Shown here: positions 50,438 through 63,305 of the stretch, one piece after another
Layout of the letters: each line of letters begins with the position of its first letter
How positions within the stretch are numbered: the first letter of the stretch is position 1
From: Callorhinchus milii
Lineage: Eukaryota
NCBI RefSeq assembly: GCF_018977255.1
Contig: NW_024704759.1
Coordinates: forward strand, 14,322,001 to 14,386,000
DNA length: 64,000 bases
Reading direction: 5' to 3'
Made by a program: the position numbers and the translations under genes
Notes under the pieces: model-generated
Databases searched by the model: none
What the model saw: the letters and a program-made list of their open reading frames with translations, nothing else
Told to the model about the DNA's origin: nothing

Positions 50438-52649
50438 GTGAATATAAAAACCTTGTATGCCAGCCCTCAGTACACCCAGAAGGAATAATGTCTAGTCCAT
50501 GTAACTGAAAAGGTTTTGATGTGCTTTGTCTTGGTCGCTGATTTACTGTGGATACATGTATGAGTCTCCAAAACGGTGAAACATTTTCATTTTTCATTTC
50601 ATTACAACCAGCAAGCAGTTGAAGCGACACATAACTTTGCTAACCATTGCTAACGTTTGTATCTACTCTTTTTTGATCACTTGGGCCATTACTCAGAGAT
50701 GCTTTCTTTTCTAAGAAGTCTTTTTTTTGTAGGAGATATAAAATCCAGAGAGTCAGTGCATTTGAAGGCAACCCACACCAAAGTTGTTATGTTCTGTCTG
50801 TGTATTAGATTATTTTTTTCTCTCCTAAGACTCTGTGCTTCTCATCTCATTCTGCTCCGTGATTAATTCAAAAGGGGCATTATCTTTGTGACTTGGGACG
50901 TCCTCCCGATATGAAAGGCGCTATACAAATGTAATTTGTTTTTTTCTTGTTGTTGTTGTTGAAACTATGCAACAAACTTTGTTTTCTTTGGGGAAGGAAG
51001 AGACAAAAAGATCAATTAACTTTGCCACCACCGCTTAAATCCGCACAAAAGATGCAATGGTACAATTTAGGAATCACTTTGTGCGTGCGTGTGTCTGCGG
51101 TCAGTAATTTACCAGGGACTTTAACAGTGTTAGAACTGATTAGCTGTATAGCAATAATAACCGACGTTCAAAGCTCTAGAGTTGCCAGGAGGGTTGTGTT
51201 CAAGAGTGGTCACAATCGTGGCAGTAAAAATATAGTTGCGGAGCTGATCTTCTACCTATTTCTCCACCGGACCAGGAGCCCACATCTTATAAAGCCTATG
51301 TGAAGCCGCCTGATATTTGTTAGCTTCACCACGTTACTTAATGGCGCTGTTACGCACAGCATAGCTTGGCCCCGAAGAATGCTGTTTAACATATTTAAGA
51401 CTCAGCACAGCAGAGAGAGGGGGCATCACTGCGGATCTTATCCAAGTCCATCACGAGTATCGATGATTGAACTGAGGATCCATGTCACTGTGGAGTTGAG
51501 TGGTTCTGCCTCCAGTGGGCTGGTTGCCTTCCTGTGATGTTGTTGGCAGATGCCAACTGCCTGAGGGCAGGACATTGTCCTCACACTCAGTGCTGAAGGG
51601 AGTTTTGATTATTGAATTATTCGCACTGCCAAGATCAGTAAAGCGTGACAGATTAGAGTTCTGTTCTAAAGAGTCCAGTGTTGGGGGTTCGATCAATGAG
51701 TGTCTGCCAATAACACTGACTGTGTTATTGACATCACTTCCAACATGAATGCACAATTAACAATTTACAATCTTTAATACAACATCATATGCACAGACCT
51801 GATACTGTCGACACAAGCACTGTTATTGCAGGGACCTTACCGATAATTTGTCAATAAACATCGACACGAACCCAGGATTTGCTCTTACACGATTGTATAA
51901 ATCCAGTTTACACATTCATGAAAACGGTGCTAAGGCAGGCTTTGTCATGTGGGCTCTGATGTCTCGGAATCTGTCCTATTACAATAATAAGTAATTGAAG
52001 GACTTTCCGAGCAGGAGATTAACAGAATTTGAGAGAGAATCAGCCGATGGAATGAATGTCAAGCCATCAGTTGCCGTGCAATATCAATCACTTTAACAAA
52101 CCGACGCATTTAGATATTTGATCATCCGTTTGCATGGATCAACAGAGATTGCCGGTGCTGGGTGATGGAACAGTAGAGAACGTTCCTCTATTTCCACCCA
52201 CCCCCACCCTTAACCAATCACATTGTAAACCGTTCGGTCAGGTGTGGCATAGTTCAGATGCACACGAAAGCTCTCTCTACTCTGCTCGGGGAGTATACTA
52301 CATGAATGCAGCTTCACAAGAGTACCCCCTTTCCTGAACCAGAGACAATTTTGCCTGAAACCACAAAAGGATGGTGAAGATCTCCACAAGAGAAATTGCC
52401 AGTGATGTATTATGCAGAATTATGGCCAGCATGGTGCTGTGGACCTGCTCGCTGTGTATAAGCCCCCTGACTGCCTGACAATGGAGAGAAGGCTTCTCAC
52501 ACAGAAGGCTTTGAAGGCTCCAGAGCTTTGAAGGTCTGAAAGGCCAAAAACCGAGGACATGAACCATTTTCATTGTTCGAAAAGAGAAGGGAGTGTCGCT
52601 GTCTCCTGCTGCCCTGGCGAACAATCCCCCCCCTCCCCCCACCCCAATA

Positions 52650-52820
52650 TAAAATTGGTCACGCTCATTCCACGGCTGCTGAGGTCAAATTAGCTGCCGT
52701 GTTTCTCCCACAAAATTCACCGTCAAAAAACTTTACAGTGTATCCTGTGAAGCGCTTTGAGACCTCGTGATTAGGCGCTGTATCGAATGCAAGGATTATT
52801 ACCGTTGTTGTTATTATTAT
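52650..52820 (+). mobile_element. Deu-SINE 3' half
   Basis: Family body and tail. Confidence 0.8.
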
Positions 52821-53949
52821 CGTCCGTGTCATGTCAAGTCCTGAGACAAGAAGGTATGATTTTGATGGATGAGCTCCTCTACTTATACTCCCATGGGTCA
52901 CCTTTCCCAGTAGGACGGGCAGCCTTTTCCAAGGGATAGGTTGTGCTGGCAATACACAAGCCCGTTTCCCCACTCCTCACCAGGCAAACCCAAACATATT
53001 ATTTTCCGTCGAGTATAATCTCATAAACAGCTCACGGGACTTCGCAATGCACAAACAACTCCGAAACGAAGTCAGCAAAAAAAAAATGTAAAAGAAGTTT
53101 GATAGAGCCATCCGGGGTTATTTTTTTTAACATGGGGGGAAAAAAAAATTGTTAATTTGAGTAATTAGACTTCAAGGATGATGGAGGAGTGGATGTTATT
53201 TCGGTGGGATTGACAACCAGTGCGGTCTAATAGCAAACAGCACAGATGCGCACTGCGATAGAGTCTCACTTTACAGTTCACGGAAAAAAAAAAAATCACA
53301 CAGTCAACAGTATTCTCGAGCACAAATTAGCTGAAGTAAGGAGTTGTTGACAGCAAAGGCGGCGGTTTACAGGAAGTTTTAATCTCAAGTACTTTTGTGT
53401 AAATAATAAACCATCTGCCAGCGGCTGCAACGCTGGGAAAAACATCTCACGGCGCTATGACAAAAACATATACAGCACCCCGTGCCCTGGCTATCCCGCG
53501 AGTTGGTTTGTATTTAGAAGAATAAAAAATTGAACAATGTGTGTGCGAATGTGTGTGTGTGTGAGGGGGGTGGGGGTGGGAGTGGAGTTAGAAGTTGCAA
53601 AGTTATAACTTTCTTTTTGGAAAAAGAGTGTTCTGCAAAGCAGTGCCTTAAAAAGTGCACTTTCAACAAAGTGCTAGGAATCCACTTGTCACCTCGCAAG
53701 ACCGTTCTGCCTCTTCCCGTTTGAATCTCACTAATCGTTTCACAATTACCCAAAGCTCTTGTTTATGGGGATTATTGTGTGCCTTTGCAAAGTGGAGCTC
53801 AGGCCCCCTTTTGATCCTGCTCCAAAGACACAAGGCCCGCAAAAAATGGAACTCCGACTATTTATTCCTCTCCTTGAGATTCCTCCAGATACAAACGCAG
53901 GATATGCACTAACACCAGGGCTGGAGGCGCTAGATTATACATCCGCCAC

Positions 53950-53962
53950 AGGTCAAAGGTCA
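53950..53962 (+). promoter_or_regulatory. perfect DR1 nuclear-receptor element
   Basis: AGGTCA-A-AGGTCA. Confidence 0.5.
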
Positions 53963-54547
53963 AGATGAACAAACTACTTTGTCAAATTGGTTATCAATTG
54001 CCTTTCAAAAATTATTTACAAAGTAGTCAACAAAACCAATAACAAAATGGATTTCTTTTCCAAATGAAATTTGATGCATCAAAGGAAGAAAACCTATTCG
54101 AATAAGTGAACTGCAGTCCAGGTCCATTGGGAACAAGTGGTCAATGCTGGCATTAGTGTTTCTGGCTCTACAATTACACATTATCCTGAGGAAACAGGGC
54201 TGCATAAATCGTGTTAATCCTTGAGAGAAACTTCTAAATATAATAATTGAAACCTCATCAAGCCATAAAAGATTTACGAGCAGAGATGTCTCCGTGTGCC
54301 TTGATGCATGTCATGGATTGGCCTTGATGTGTGTGTGTGTGTTTGTGTTTGCACGTTCCTCGAAATATACAGAGGAGAGTGGTCTGTGCTTAACCAGGGT
54401 GGGCGGAGGTGCTTTCTCCAGTCAGGTTACGCACTTGTGGAAGAAGCTGGCGGAAGGGTTCAAAAGGGAATTGGAAATGGGTTGGGAGAGAGAAGAGGTC
54501 GCTGGATACAATCAGAAGGCAGGCAATTGGGGTTTATCTATCGATAA

Positions 54548-54640
54548 GAGGATTACAGCACCTTATCACGTCTTCGAGACATCTCGAGGCGCTTCACAGG
54601 ATATTCTGTGAAGTGTAGTGACTGTGTGTTTTTGTGGGCT
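54548..54640 (-). mobile_element. Deu-SINE tail fragment
   Basis: cagcaccttatcacgtcttcgagacatctcgaggcgcttcacagg. Confidence 0.8.
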
Positions 54641-56304
54641 CCCGTGCCAGTGACACCAGTTAGCCGGCACTGTGTAAACGTGGGTATGTGAGCGCTACCC
54701 AGAGTGTTTTGCTGTGGCTGCAGTCCTGCTATCAGCCCTTTGTGCTCTCGTATGAAGCAAAAATGAGCTCTACAGCTGAGCAGTCTGAAAAGTGCCAGTG
54801 TTGCTCTTTCGAAACTGCTGCCACCCACATGATGGATAGTTTAAAAATGAAGACATCTGAAAAACACCATATGTATACGTTGCTGAGACCAGATCAGCTC
54901 AATGAAGTTTTACGGGTGATAACAGGTTCGCTTAAGCATTACCTTCTCTAATAATAAACAACTTTATAATATCAGCAGCTGCTGCTCTGGTAAATCTTTA
55001 ACGATTTCTATTTACACCTGTCCATTTCGACAAGACAGGACCACATTAGATGGAAGGAATAAAGAGATGATTTTCCCTGTGTCAATCCTCTTTTCCCAAA
55101 TGTTACCGAAACGATGATTGAAATTCAGAGCCAAGACCCAGAAAACATTCCATTTCTCTCGGTGCTTTCGCCAACTTCATTTTAAATTAAATAGTTTTCC
55201 TTTTATTTTTCGTTCACATTCGGCTATATTTTTCGGCTGTCTCATTAATCGCACTTTCTGTGCTATGTTCAATTCAGGATTCATAACACCGCTTGGTATT
55301 CTTTTAGTTTAATACCTAAGTAGGAAATGCAATCTGAAGACTCGTTGCACGTGCTTTCAGCTCGTAACCTCAACTTCAAAGTACAGCGCGCAAATAAAAG
55401 AGAGGAAATAAAGGATTTTTCACCATGGTACTCGCTGCTTTCGAACACAACCCAGCAAAAAAAAAAATCCAACACAAGATTCTCCGCTTCCCATCCGTTC
55501 AAGTGTATGTTAAGTCGGGTCTTTGAAGTCAAGTGTTTTAAAAAAGATTTAAAAAAACAACAAATGCGGTCAGAAGCCCAGGCTGCTTCACAAGCAGCAC
55601 CCTCAACATATTTATTTACAGGCTCGTAAAATTGCTTTGTGATGTTGACAGTGAAACAGTAAAAGCTGAAGGATTCAGTTTTAAAGATCTGCCCATCATT
55701 CTGCGAGATTCCGAATCAATCAGCTCCTGATCACAGCGGAAACAGGGGGTGGGGGGGGGCGGGTGGCGGGGGGGGGGGAGTCTGTCAGGCGCAATAAACC
55801 TAGACTATTGATAAAGCAGGAATTTGTTTCAAACCCGTTTTAAATCAAGTCGATAGGGTTATTTCAGAGAATCCAGCTTGGCCAGATTCCCATCCCCACT
55901 GGTCCTCTCTACTGAGCTCACTTTTAATAATTATTTTATACCACAGCTTGTAAGAAGGGGCTTAACAAGTTGAGGTAAAGATTGTCTTGATTCTATTCCT
56001 TTCTTTCTTACTGGCTGTCAATAAGGTCTAACATGCAGTGACTTTTAAAGGGATTCTTTAGTAAGGAATGCGAGAGGGAGGAATATCTCCTGGTAAATGG
56101 AAGCAATCTGCCAATCTGCAGGATTGTCCTGGGAGCTGACACGCACATACACAAACACACACACGCACCCGCACACAGGCATGTGCGCTGGTATGCATAA
56201 AACACACCTACATGCTCTCCCACGTGTTATGGTATCCAAGGATTGCTATGTAGATTTACCGGGACGTTTAAACGCCTTTCAAGAATAAATTAGATAGATT
56301 TCTG

Positions 56305-56445
56305 TCATTGAGACGTCTCTAAGCTCTTCCCAGAATATACTGTAAAGTGGATTCACTGTGTATTTTGTGAACGAAACACGGCAGCCAATTGCGCACAGCA
56401 GTATCCCCCAAACAACCATGGAGCGAGTGCCCAATCCTTTTTATT
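56305..56445 (-). mobile_element. Deu-SINE body fragment
   Basis: ggcagccaattgcgcacagca and flanking family blocks. Confidence 0.8.
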
Positions 56446-56670
56446 TGGGGGGGGATTTGTTGGCCAGGATTCTGGGAGAGAGAGAAACTCCCTCCTCTTA
56501 ATCGAATAAGAGGCCTAAATGCTAAACACAATAGAACAACAGAGAACGGTTTAAAACGCCAAAGAAGATAATAAGAATAAGAATAGTAAGGGGATGGGTC
56601 TCATTTGAACAAACTGTCGTGATGTCTTCTGGCTTTTTTTCCTAAGCCTCAAAGCACTTAAGTCCCAATC

Positions 56671-56852
56671 AAAAACAGAGAGCTGGGACAACTCAGGCAG
56701 CATCCGTGGAGAAAGGAAAGCGAGTCAACGTTTCGGGTCCACGACCCTTCACCAGACGTTTCCGTTCCTTTCTCCGGAGATGCTGCCTGACCTGCTGAGT
56801 TTTCCCAGCTCTCTCAGTTATAGTTTCAGATTTCCAGGATCTGCAGTATTTT
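56671..56852. mobile_element. palindromic (fold-back) element, probably Penelope-like-derived, with a degenerate hammerhead core
   Basis: Arms agagagctgggacaactcag/ctgagttttcccagctctct, caggcagcatc/gatgctgcctg and ggagaaaggaa/ttcctttctcc. Centre on the minus strand: CTGGTGA-A-GGGTC-GTG-GACCC-GAAAC-GTT. Confidence 0.7.
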
Positions 56853-57180
56853 GGAGTCCTGTAGCTCAGTGGTTAGAGCACTCGCTTTGCAAGTGAGAGA
56901 CCTGAGTTCAATTCCAGGCAGAGGGTGAAACCTTGGGCAAGTTTCCTTACTCCACACAGAGCCTAATAATAATCCCTCCAAAAAAACAAAAACAATAATA
57001 AATTGGTCATTTTCAACCCACGACTGTTTGTGGGACATTGCTGTGCGCAATTGGCTGCCGCGTTCGCCCACACATATACGGTCAATTCACTTTACAGTCT
57101 ATTCTGCGAAACGCTTTGAGACGTCTAGAAGACGTGAAAAGCACGATATCAAATGCAAGGATTATTATTATTATTATTAT
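56853..57180 (+). mobile_element. near full-length young Deu-SINE (tRNA-Ala-like head)
   Basis: gtagctcagtggttagagcactcgc-tttgcaa-gtgagagacctgagttcaattcc (A box, TGC anticodon loop, B box), then body and (att)n tail. Confidence 0.92.
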
Positions 57181-58195
57181 TTTGCGTCTTGCGTAAGCGT
57201 TTTAGGTCCAGTTGGCAGGTGGTTTTAATACCTCCCATTGTCCCACACTGACACTGGCTCACAGGTAACTCAGATTCCGCTCCACAACATGAATTTGACG
57301 TTAGTCATTTAACTCTCGGGTCCCGTTATCTCTCACGGCGTTGCACTTTAAGCACTTTAAAGCAGTGGGTGGGTGAGGTTTGAATTTGTGATTACAGTAA
57401 TACGATCCGGCTGACTTAAAGGAACACCGGCAATATTAACATAATGTCACTTTTCGCACCCTGTCCCATTTTATAGCAAATTAATTGGCACCGGGCGACA
57501 CTGCTTTCTTACATGCATATATTATGGAAATCAGGAACCCCCTCCCCCCATGCCCAGGGGGAGAAAGAGCACATTTGTCAGAAGACTCAGAAAGTAAACG
57601 CGGGGAGAATTTATCTCGTGGTGAGGTGCTTTGCACAAAACCTTTGAGGGAGAACTCGCTGTGTAAAGCACTGACCACCCCCACCCACCCCACCCCCACA
57701 CCCCTCACTCACTTATCTACCTGTTCCATCCTGCGCATTACAATCCTTTTTATCCGTAATCCCTTGCACGGGAACGGAAAAGCCGATAGTGTAACATCTC
57801 TCAACATTTCTTTTAATGTCGCATTAAAGTGTCGTGTTGACTTGGGAGTTTCCTTCGCAGAGAAACTTCCAGGGCAAGGTAACAGAAGTAACACCCTTCC
57901 TGAGTTACCTTCCGAGCCGGTGCGGAATATAGCATCTCATCCCTTCGTTGAGACTCATAGTATATGCTGCAAAGTGGATTTTGACTGCGCACTTTGTGGG
58001 GGGCGAAACGTGGCAGTTCATGCCAGAGCAGGAGGAAACTTTTGCAGGACAACAGGTGACCTGTTTTGCTCTCTGTGTTTCCGTGTGTGTTGTTTGTCCC
58101 GCTTTTTAACTCGAGGGCCAGATCCATACCTACCTCTCCGGTTGCTTTCCATTCCCACTCTGACCTGACATTGATGCACAATTGATTTTGCAGGA

Positions 58196-58437
58196 GGTGG
58201 GGGTTGGGGGGTTGAGGGAGGAGGGGGGAGTGTGGGAGGGGACGGGGGTGGTGGGGGTGAGGGGGAGTGTGGGAGGGGACGGGGGTGGTGGGGGTGAGGG
58301 GGGAGTGTGGGAGGGGACAGTGGGTGGTGGGTGGGGGGGAGAGGGGAGTGTGGGAGGGGATAGGGGGTGGGGGGGTGGGGGTTTGAGGGCGGAGGGGCGA
58401 GTGTGGGAGTGTGGGAGGGGACGGGGGGTGGGGGAGG
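58196..58437. repeat. G-rich ~38-bp minisatellite (G-quadruplex-prone)
   Basis: Unit similar to gagggggagtgtgggaggggacgggggtggtgggggt, about 5 copies. Confidence 0.9.
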
Positions 58438-60639
58438 TGTAATGCAGGTTCTAATATTCAAACATATCTTTCTCTGACAGTGCAGGTAATCAATAACTCA
58501 GTAATTACAGCTTTTCACACAAATCCATATTCTGCGAGAATTATAATCAAGACTCTTTTTACTATGAAAGCAGAGCTCACGGAAGCCTGTAACCTCTCGG
58601 GAACAATGTGACTGGCCACAGACAAGTCTCCAATGCAAGGACCAGGAGACTAATGAATGGACCTGCTCGCTCCCCCATGGCAGCTGCCAATAAAAATATT
58701 TTTCTAAATGATGAATTCCTTAGTTTGTTGTTTAACCCCTGGAGTTGCTTTTGGGCAATGTCACTCATCTGGCCTGATTGGATTGGACTCAAACTCTCCT
58801 CCCATGCCCCATATTCAGAGTTGACAGCCCCCTTATCTATCCACACCTTCGTGTAACTTTTCCAAAATGATTCTTTGCCAGTTTCAGATATCAGAGTAGA
58901 AATCAAGGCATTTATAATAATAATAATAATCCTTGCATCATGTCGTTGAGATGCCGCAAAGTGCTTGACAGAATTTACTGTTAAGTTTAGTGACATGTGT
59001 GTGAATCATTTGTATACTAAACGTGCGACTCAAAGAGTCAAGAAAAACTTTCCAATCTGTGAACACGGTGGCTTAATCTGCGCTGACCCACAAAAGGGAA
59101 GGGCAATCGTTCGTTTCATTTTCAGCTTTCATTTATATCGTGCAATTTGGGACGTGGGCAATTGAAAATTACAAATGTCGTTCAAGCCGCGAAACAAGAC
59201 CAAGGAAGCAATTCGGACTCTTATTATCTGCGATAAGTTATAATGGGTGTCACTCTGCAACTACACTGGGCTGCGACCAGCCTGGCAATCTTTGACCCCC
59301 AAGGACTGACCCCCATTACATTAATAAACTTGGAAAACTTAATAAACTAAAGGTGAAAAGAAATGTTCTCTAATTTTAAGTATTAGCCCTTTACAACGGG
59401 TAGCAATGGACATCCAAATGTTTTCAAGTCAGCACTAGTTCTGCCTGTGTGACTTTATGGCTGAATTATGCTCTCATCTGTTAATTGCTGAGAATTAATT
59501 TCCCTGTCATTAAAAAAAATAGATATTATTTATTCGGGATTACGCTGCTGGGATCAATGCCAGAATTGCCGTGATCGGCTGCCAAACATGCACAATAAAT
59601 GCAGGATTGTTCACATTTGTTTCATTATGAAATGCTGGTTATTTTTGAAACGTTATCCTTTAAACAGCACAGATAGAAATCTCAAATAACATTGCCTGGA
59701 GGATGCTTCATTCAAACTTAAATAAACACTATTGTTGATGAGTGAACGTTTGTGAATATTATGACATTTTTAGGAAATATTCAGATTAAATTAGATTTTT
59801 TGACAAATTACCTGTGTTAGTGTCTTTCTCAACTGAGTTCTATTCAAGAATAAGGACTGATGTTGCGCCCAATTACATTACCGTTCATAAACCAGTCATA
59901 TTACTGCACATAATCCAATTGCACCACTGTTCATAACACAGTCATAACACGATACCAAACTCAATCACATTAGTGTCCCTAACAGAATCACACTATTCCA
60001 AACAAAGTCTGACACCGACTGCTTAGTGAAGAAAGCTTTTCCTGAATGTGAATTAACCATATTAAAAGCTTTTTTTAATATAAGCAAAATGCTTCGAACA
60101 AAAAAAAACTGTAAACTGACTGCCAGAAAAAGACTCAGTGTAGTCCATTCCAATTCTATAATGCTCCTAATTTAACTTGTTTCGTGAAATCTAGCTCAGA
60201 ATATTCTTGTAGTACAGAAATCTAAAGGCTTCCTTAACTTGTTGACTCCATGTCCAATGTCCCCTGTGAATTCTCTCTGGCGAAGGCTAATATTTATCAG
60301 TTTGTCAGAACATATTTCCCCGAGTGCACAAAGGCCTTGTTAGATTGATCACTAAGGAAACACTGAGAGTCTGTACATTTTTTGATTGTCTCAGATCATG
60401 AGACCACTGGGTATTTTAATGTTACATAGACCTGAGGAAGATTAATATGGATCAGTGCAGTCTATCCGGCCGCAAACTTCTTCCTGCCTTCTATTAAACA
60501 TTGTTTATTTATCCCAGCCTTTTTTTTTGCTCCCAAACAACAATCCGATTTTGAGCATCAAAAATGCTGAACGGGATATAAATCCATTCGCTTTAAGCCT
60601 TCTCAAACGCCCATGATTTCATCGGTTTCTCCAGGGAAT

Positions 60640-60980
60640 AATAGTAATAATAATAAAAAATAATCTTTGGGAATTGATGTGATACGCTTTCACGTCAGGA
60701 GGACGGCTCAGAGCACTTCACAGGTTTTCGCTCTTAAGTGTAGTGACTATGTATTTTGCAGGCAAACAAGTTCGGCAGCCAGTTGGCATGCAGCAATACT
60801 CCACAAACCACCTTGATGCAAGTGGCCAATGTTCTGGGGGATGTTGGGCCCAACAATGGGAGAAACTCTCTTTTCAAGTCGTGCCACGGGATTTTTAACA
60901 GCCATCTGAAGAGGCAGAAGGTTTAACGCCTCGCCGGAAGGACAATGCAGCCCACCTCCAGCGATTGCTTTGGAGTCCAG
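60640..60980 (-). mobile_element. old Deu-SINE
   Basis: Reverse-complement blocks gtgccacgggatttttaacagccatctga, ggcagccagttggcatgcagcaa and tail ctttcacgtcaggaggacg. Confidence 0.7.
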
Positions 60981-61837
60981 TGGCACCGGGCGTAATTAAA
61001 AGTGGAAACACATCGCTCAATAATAATGAGGCTTACGAAGGGATCCAAACTGCGTAACAACACAAGTGCCCCCTACAGTGCTGCACAGCAATCTTCCAGC
61101 CGTTAACATTCTGTCAGGGGTAGAGTTAACGGGCTCCAGTCTCAGTAATGAACTGAAACAAAAGCGAGATGAAATGTCCTGGATGAGGCAAAGACACGTT
61201 GGCACATTTTCAGTCCGGGTCTCAACAGAGGGCTGTGCAAATCAGTTCCAACTGGTTCCCGCCCCGGCACCTGCTTACTCACATCCTTAGCTTACAGTGA
61301 TCTTTGAATTAAACTTTAGGTTTGGCTTGTGTTTACCTTGGCTGCTCGTTGCACTGCGGCAACAGGCAAAATAAGCTCCAGATGCTAGCTGTAACTTTCT
61401 AGCACGTTCAGACGTAACCGCCATCAGGTTGCGCCCTGACCCCGCCCGGCCTTTTTCGGGGCGAAACACCTTGTTGCGCGAGGCTCTTAAGAGAGCGGCG
61501 TTTGGAGCGGGCCAATTACGCCAAAGATGTGCCGGGGTTTAGTTTCTGCAGGAAATCAACAAATCAAAACTGAAGGTCGAGAAGGAGTTTCCTTTACAAT
61601 TAGCCAGTCGCGGGATCAAGTCATGTCTCTCCCTTTGCAGAGCTTGGCATTAGGTCTGTTCCATACTGTCGCTGTTCTTCGGGGTTTCGGTTCCATCTGA
61701 ATTAAATTTTACAGAATAGTCCTTACCCTGCTGCATAAAAAGCACTTGTGTTTCAGTGTACAGTAGGCAACCCTAACCCTGCTGATCAACAGGAATTCTG
61801 CAGTTATACTGAAGAAGTCTTAGCCTACTGACTATGT

Positions 61838-62145
61838 GGGGTCCTGTAGCTCAGTGGTTATAGCACTCACCTCGCAAGTGAGAGGTCCTGGGTTCAATTC
61901 CCGGTAGGGCAAACGTTGGGCAAGTTTCCTTACTCCACACACACACCTCTGTTTACCCAGCAGTAAGCAGGAACCTGATTGTTAGTTGTTTGGGCGGATC
62001 GCTTTTCCGCAGGTAATAATCACTACAAAAGAAATAATAATAATAAAAATAATACTTGACTGTGTATTTGTGGGTGAAAAGCAGCAATCAATTGTGCATA
62101 GTAAATGTCCCACAAACACTCGTGGATTGAGTGACAAATTTTTTA
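61838..62145. mobile_element. young SINE: + strand head/linker followed by an inverted 3' half
   Basis: 61838-~62030 is the head and linker in + orientation; ~62030-62140 is the tail and body in - orientation. Confidence 0.85.
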
Positions 62146-63270
62146 TATATACACATATATATATACTCAGGTATCTTTTGAGGTTAGGGTCTTCTGTCGA
62201 ATTTTCACCATGATTTGAGTCTGTGGTTAGCATCAAGGCTTCTCAGATGAGATACAGCAACAGTTGGATACAGACTAAAGTCCCTCATATCCTTTCCCCG
62301 ATAATTTACCTCAATCACATCCCCAGAAAAGGACCTCAGCCCTCAAATATTGAGGACTTCAGCGTGTTATTGGTCTAATCTAGCAAAGAAGAAGTTAGCG
62401 AACCAGCCAGCCACATGGAAGTTAGCAACGCAGCTCTGAAAGACAGCTGAGGCAGACTAAGTTAATTGGAATTCTGCAGTGTAAGAGTTCAGCGTTGAGG
62501 ATTACATTCAGTTAACATCACCTCAAGTGTCCACATACATGATATATGATGAAAAATCATGGGACATAAATCATATCCCCCGGGTCCTCATCATGTGTTT
62601 TGTTTGTACAATATGTTAAAAATTAAGTAAAGTTAATTAGGTAAGGAGGTTGCAAAAAAAAAGGTTTCATTTTGTACTATATTCCTTTGTGGTTTGGGTA
62701 AAATGCAGCTGGAAGGAACAGGAGTGCTAATTACTCTATTGTGTGTGGCTTTTAACTTTCTCTACACGTGGATTTTTTCAAAAGAAAATGGTTCCGATAA
62801 TTGGAATGTGATGGTGATTCCGTGAACCATACGTTAAAAAAAATCCTGGGAAAAGCATCACCTCGTACGGTATAATTAGACCTATCTTGGGAGAGCCGAG
62901 ACCTCTAAAGTGCAAGGATTTGTTGAAATAATTTTGTTGTACATACCCAGAAGGTCCAACGTTTGAACCCAGTCTGGGCTGAATTAGTTGATCTGAACCA
63001 AAGTAACACACTTGAGGGCCCTGCAATTGGCCTCGGAAACCCCAAAACGAGCGCTTTGCATTGTCTACAATAAAGTACAGCGAAGTGTGGTGCAGAGACT
63101 CAGTACAGCGATGTCCTACAAACAGTCACAAACCAAAGGAATAAATGTAGAGGTAATGGTGTAAAGTGCTATTAATAGATACTTTGGCCCACAGATGTAT
63201 ACACAGCACTTGGGCTGGTGAAAGACTAAAACACGAGGGGAACAGTTTGTCCTATTGTTGGTGCCTATAC

Positions 63271-63305
63271 AATAGAATATTACAGCACAGAAGGAGGCCA
63301 TTCGG
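63271..63305 (-). mobile_element. CR1 3' tail fragment
   Basis: aatagaatattacagcacagaaggaggccattcgg. Confidence 0.65.

Noticed and set aside
51451-51756. 101-aa S/T/P-rich minus-strand ORF
   Set aside because: No convincing splice sites or ATG, an overlapping opposite-strand ORF, and no recognisable family.
56853-56925. tRNA-Ala-like sequences (also 19729, 25774, 30096, 61838)
   Set aside because: They continue directly into the SINE linker and body, so they are SINE heads, not tRNA genes. Apparent anticodon-stem covariation and CGC/TGC/CAC anticodons are explained by CpG decay.
57485-58168. Longest ORF (227 aa)
   Set aside because: Non-ATG start, crosses a C-rich low-complexity tract and a SINE fragment, and shows no recognisable domain.
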